From a bacterium (GTDB lineage: Bacteria; JAJVIF01): 64,000 bases of DNA. Every line of letters begins with the position of its first letter. Within the stretch, counting starts at the first letter, position 1. A program made the position numbers and the translations under genes. The DNA lies in contig JAJVIF010000001.1 of assembly GCA_022072165.1 (NCBI GenBank), positions 1,258,598-1,322,597 of the forward strand, written 5' to 3'. Shown here in pieces: positions 62,234 to 64,000 of this stretch. The notes below the pieces were generated by a model that was given only the letters and a program-made list of their open reading frames with translations, ran no database searches and was not told where the DNA came from.

Positions 62234-64000
62234 ATGACCCTCCTTCGGGGCTCCGCTTGCGGGGCCTGCATCCTACTGTTCGCTCTGTTGCTGCTGGCCC
62301 CGGCCAAGGGAGCGAGTGCGCCATTGCCTGCGCCTCCCGCCGACCTCGCCGCCCGATTTGCGCCGGTCGTGCCGTATCTCGCGCCGCTGTATGGCCCCTG
62401 CGCGACCAGGGTCCTGCAGGTCCGTGAGGACCGCCTCTATCTGGAAGAAGTGCCGGGAGTTCAGCCAGGGGATCTCTTCGCGATTTATCCGCCGGGGACC
62501 ATTCTGCTGGGACCGCAAGCCACGCAGCCCCGACCCGACGCTCTCACAACAATCCGGGTGATGAGAACTACTGAAGGTGTCGTGGAGGCCCTTTTTGATG
62601 GGGATCCGACAGCAGTGCCGACCTTCGCGCCCGCGCTGCGGGTACTGACAGGTCGTGCTCTGGCGGTGGTCTGGACACCCCCGCCCGCCGAACTCGCGCC
62701 GCTGGTCGAACACTGGCGACTCACACATCATCTCTATGACCAGTTACTGGCGACTGTCCCGATTCCCCTCACTTCGCAGTCGCCGCCGGATGCTCTGCCA
62801 GATCAGGTGCCATCGCACCCTGCGCTGGTGCAACTCCCTGCCACCGAACAACTCCTGGTGACTCCGGAGGCTGGCGGATTGCTGCTGCGCTGGTCATCGG
62901 CCTATGTCGACTCGCAGCCGCCGCTGCGACTCGCTCTGCCCCTGCGCGATGTCCGCCTGACACCCCTCTACGATGCGTTGCCCGGCTCCTCCTGGGCCGG
63001 GGAGTCCCTGCAAGGGGCGGTTTCCTATCGGCTTCCGACACCGATCTGCGACTGCACCGACTCCGCGCCTTCAGCTCCAGATGACAGCTTCTGGTGTCTG
63101 ACCCCGGTGAGCCTGATCCGGCTCCGCCTGGAACATGCGCGGCTGTCGGTGACCGGGCACTGGCCGCTCGACCTGCCCCAGGAACCACCGTATGGAAGGC
63201 AAGGAGCGGGTCTGCTTCGCTGGGTGCCTTCCAGAGAGGGCGACCTCCTCCTGGTGCATCGTGGCCAGGGCGGTGCCGGGCAACTCTGGCGCTGGACCGG
63301 TTCGACTGTGCGGTGGGAACGGGAATTCGAAGGGATTCCGCTCCCGGCGCCTCACGGCATGGATACAGTCAGCACAGCGCAGGATGGAAGCGGTGCTGGT
63401 CGCTTTCATCGGCCTGCCGCGTATGCGACAGCCCTCCTGTCGCCGTTGCGGGGAGTGGTAGCGGATGCGTCGGTGCAGGTTGGGGTTGATGGCACCGGCA
63501 CGTTGCGACTGACCCAACCTGATGGCACGCGCGCTGAAACCAGAGCGGGGGGCTTTAGCGGTCCCGTGCTGCTGACTTCCACGATGCTGTATGCCGCGAC
63601 CGGTCAGGCCGTGATGCGATATCCCCGGAATGCCGAGGGACGTCCACAGGATGCAGGACAACGGTCGGTGCAGCTGCCAGGCTGGCCAGTGGCCCTCTGG
63701 CAGGCGAACGACATGCTTTGGGCGCTGGTGACACGACCTGGCGGAGATCAGCTCCTCGTGCAGGTGCCACAGGAGGGATGGTCGGCTCCCGGCAGGTCCT
63801 CCCAGGCATCGGGGTGGCCGACTCCTGGAGGGGTCGGGCGGCTGGGACTCGCGACTGATCGACTTGATCTGACACCCGAAGGAGCGCTGACCCCGGATGA
63901 GCGCCGTCTGACAAGCGCGCTCTACGACACTCCGGCGCAGTTGTTGCCGGATGGCAAGACCTGGCCCCTCGCAGCCGTACAGATCAGTCGCAATTCAGCA
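62234..64000 (+). CDS. Secreted hypothetical protein (3' partial, runs off the window end; absent from the supplied ORF track)
   Basis: ATG at 62234 followed by the signal peptide MTLLRGSACGACILLFALLLLAPAKGASA. By manual translation the frame stays open to the window end. Confidence 0.45.
   Translation, partial: MTLLRGSACGACILLFALLLLAPAKGASAPLPAPPADLAARFAPVVPYLAPLYGPCATRVLQVREDRLYLEEVPGVQPGDLFAIYPPGTILLGPQATQPRPDALTTIRVMRTTEGVVEALFDGDPTAVPTFAPALRVLTGRALAVVWTPPPAELAPLVEHWRLTHHLYDQLLATVPIPLTSQSPPDALPDQVPSHPALVQLPATEQLLVTPEAGGLLLRWSSAYVDSQPPLRLALPLRDVRLTPLYDALPGSSWAGESLQGAVSYRLPTPICDCTDSAPSAPDDSFWCLTPVSLIRLRLEHARLSVTGHWPLDLPQEPPYGRQGAGLLRWVPSREGDLLLVHRGQGGAGQLWRWTGSTVRWEREFEGIPLPAPHGMDTVSTAQDGSGAGRFHRPAAYATALLSPLRGVVADASVQVGVDGTGTLRLTQPDGTRAETRAGGFSGPVLLTSTMLYAATGQAVMRYPRNAEGRPQDAGQRSVQLPGWPVALWQANDMLWALVTRPGGDQLLVQVPQEGWSAPGRSSQASGWPTPGGVGRLGLATDRLDLTPEGALTPDERRLTSALYDTPAQLLPDGKTWPLAAVQISRNSA

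Noticed and set aside
1-64000. CRISPR arrays, rRNA genes, IS elements or integrases
   Set aside because: I found no spaced direct repeats, no rRNA-like conserved stretches, and no transposase or integrase motifs on either strand. This is an ordinary chromosomal region apart from the AT-rich islet near 5 kb.

Overview
This is a 64 kb high-GC (~65-68%) bacterial chromosomal window with GC-rich third codon positions. It is gene-dense, with many tightly packed or translationally coupled operons (ATGA-type start/stop overlaps). Almost every real gene carries a long antisense shadow ORF, as expected at this GC content. I found no rRNA, CRISPR array, transposase or integrase. The content is mostly housekeeping and cell envelope: pgk, gap, rapZ, uvrA, ogt, UbiX/UbiD/UbiE-type quinone genes, a DAHP synthase, an ADP-forming acetyl-CoA synthetase, MazG, MscS, a LysM-NlpC/P60 hydrolase, glycosyltransferases, several regulators (XRE, PadR, ECF sigma, YtrA-like GntR, STAS plus a PAS-kinase partner-switch pair) and one tRNA-Arg(TCT). 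The standout feature is a compact bacterial microcompartment (metabolosome) operon at about 29.2-34.7 kb. It encodes three BMC-H shell proteins (one with a long C-terminal extension), one BMC-P vertex protein, and an acylating aldehyde dehydrogenase with a C-terminal encapsulation-peptide-like helix. It also encodes a PduL-like phosphotransacylase whose metal-binding His motifs appear substituted, plus two uncharacterised genes (a DUF3592 membrane protein and a 284-aa unknown), and it is followed by a palindrome, a terminator and a PadR regulator. Other notable loci are a pair of unusually large OstA/Lpt-like proteins, a macro-domain-led operon of two large paralogous secreted/membrane proteins, an AT-rich islet carrying an XRE regulator divergent from a small Cys-rich ORF, and a UvrA with a Lys/Ala-rich histone-H1-like tail. 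All functions are inferred from motifs read directly in the translations; no database searches were run.
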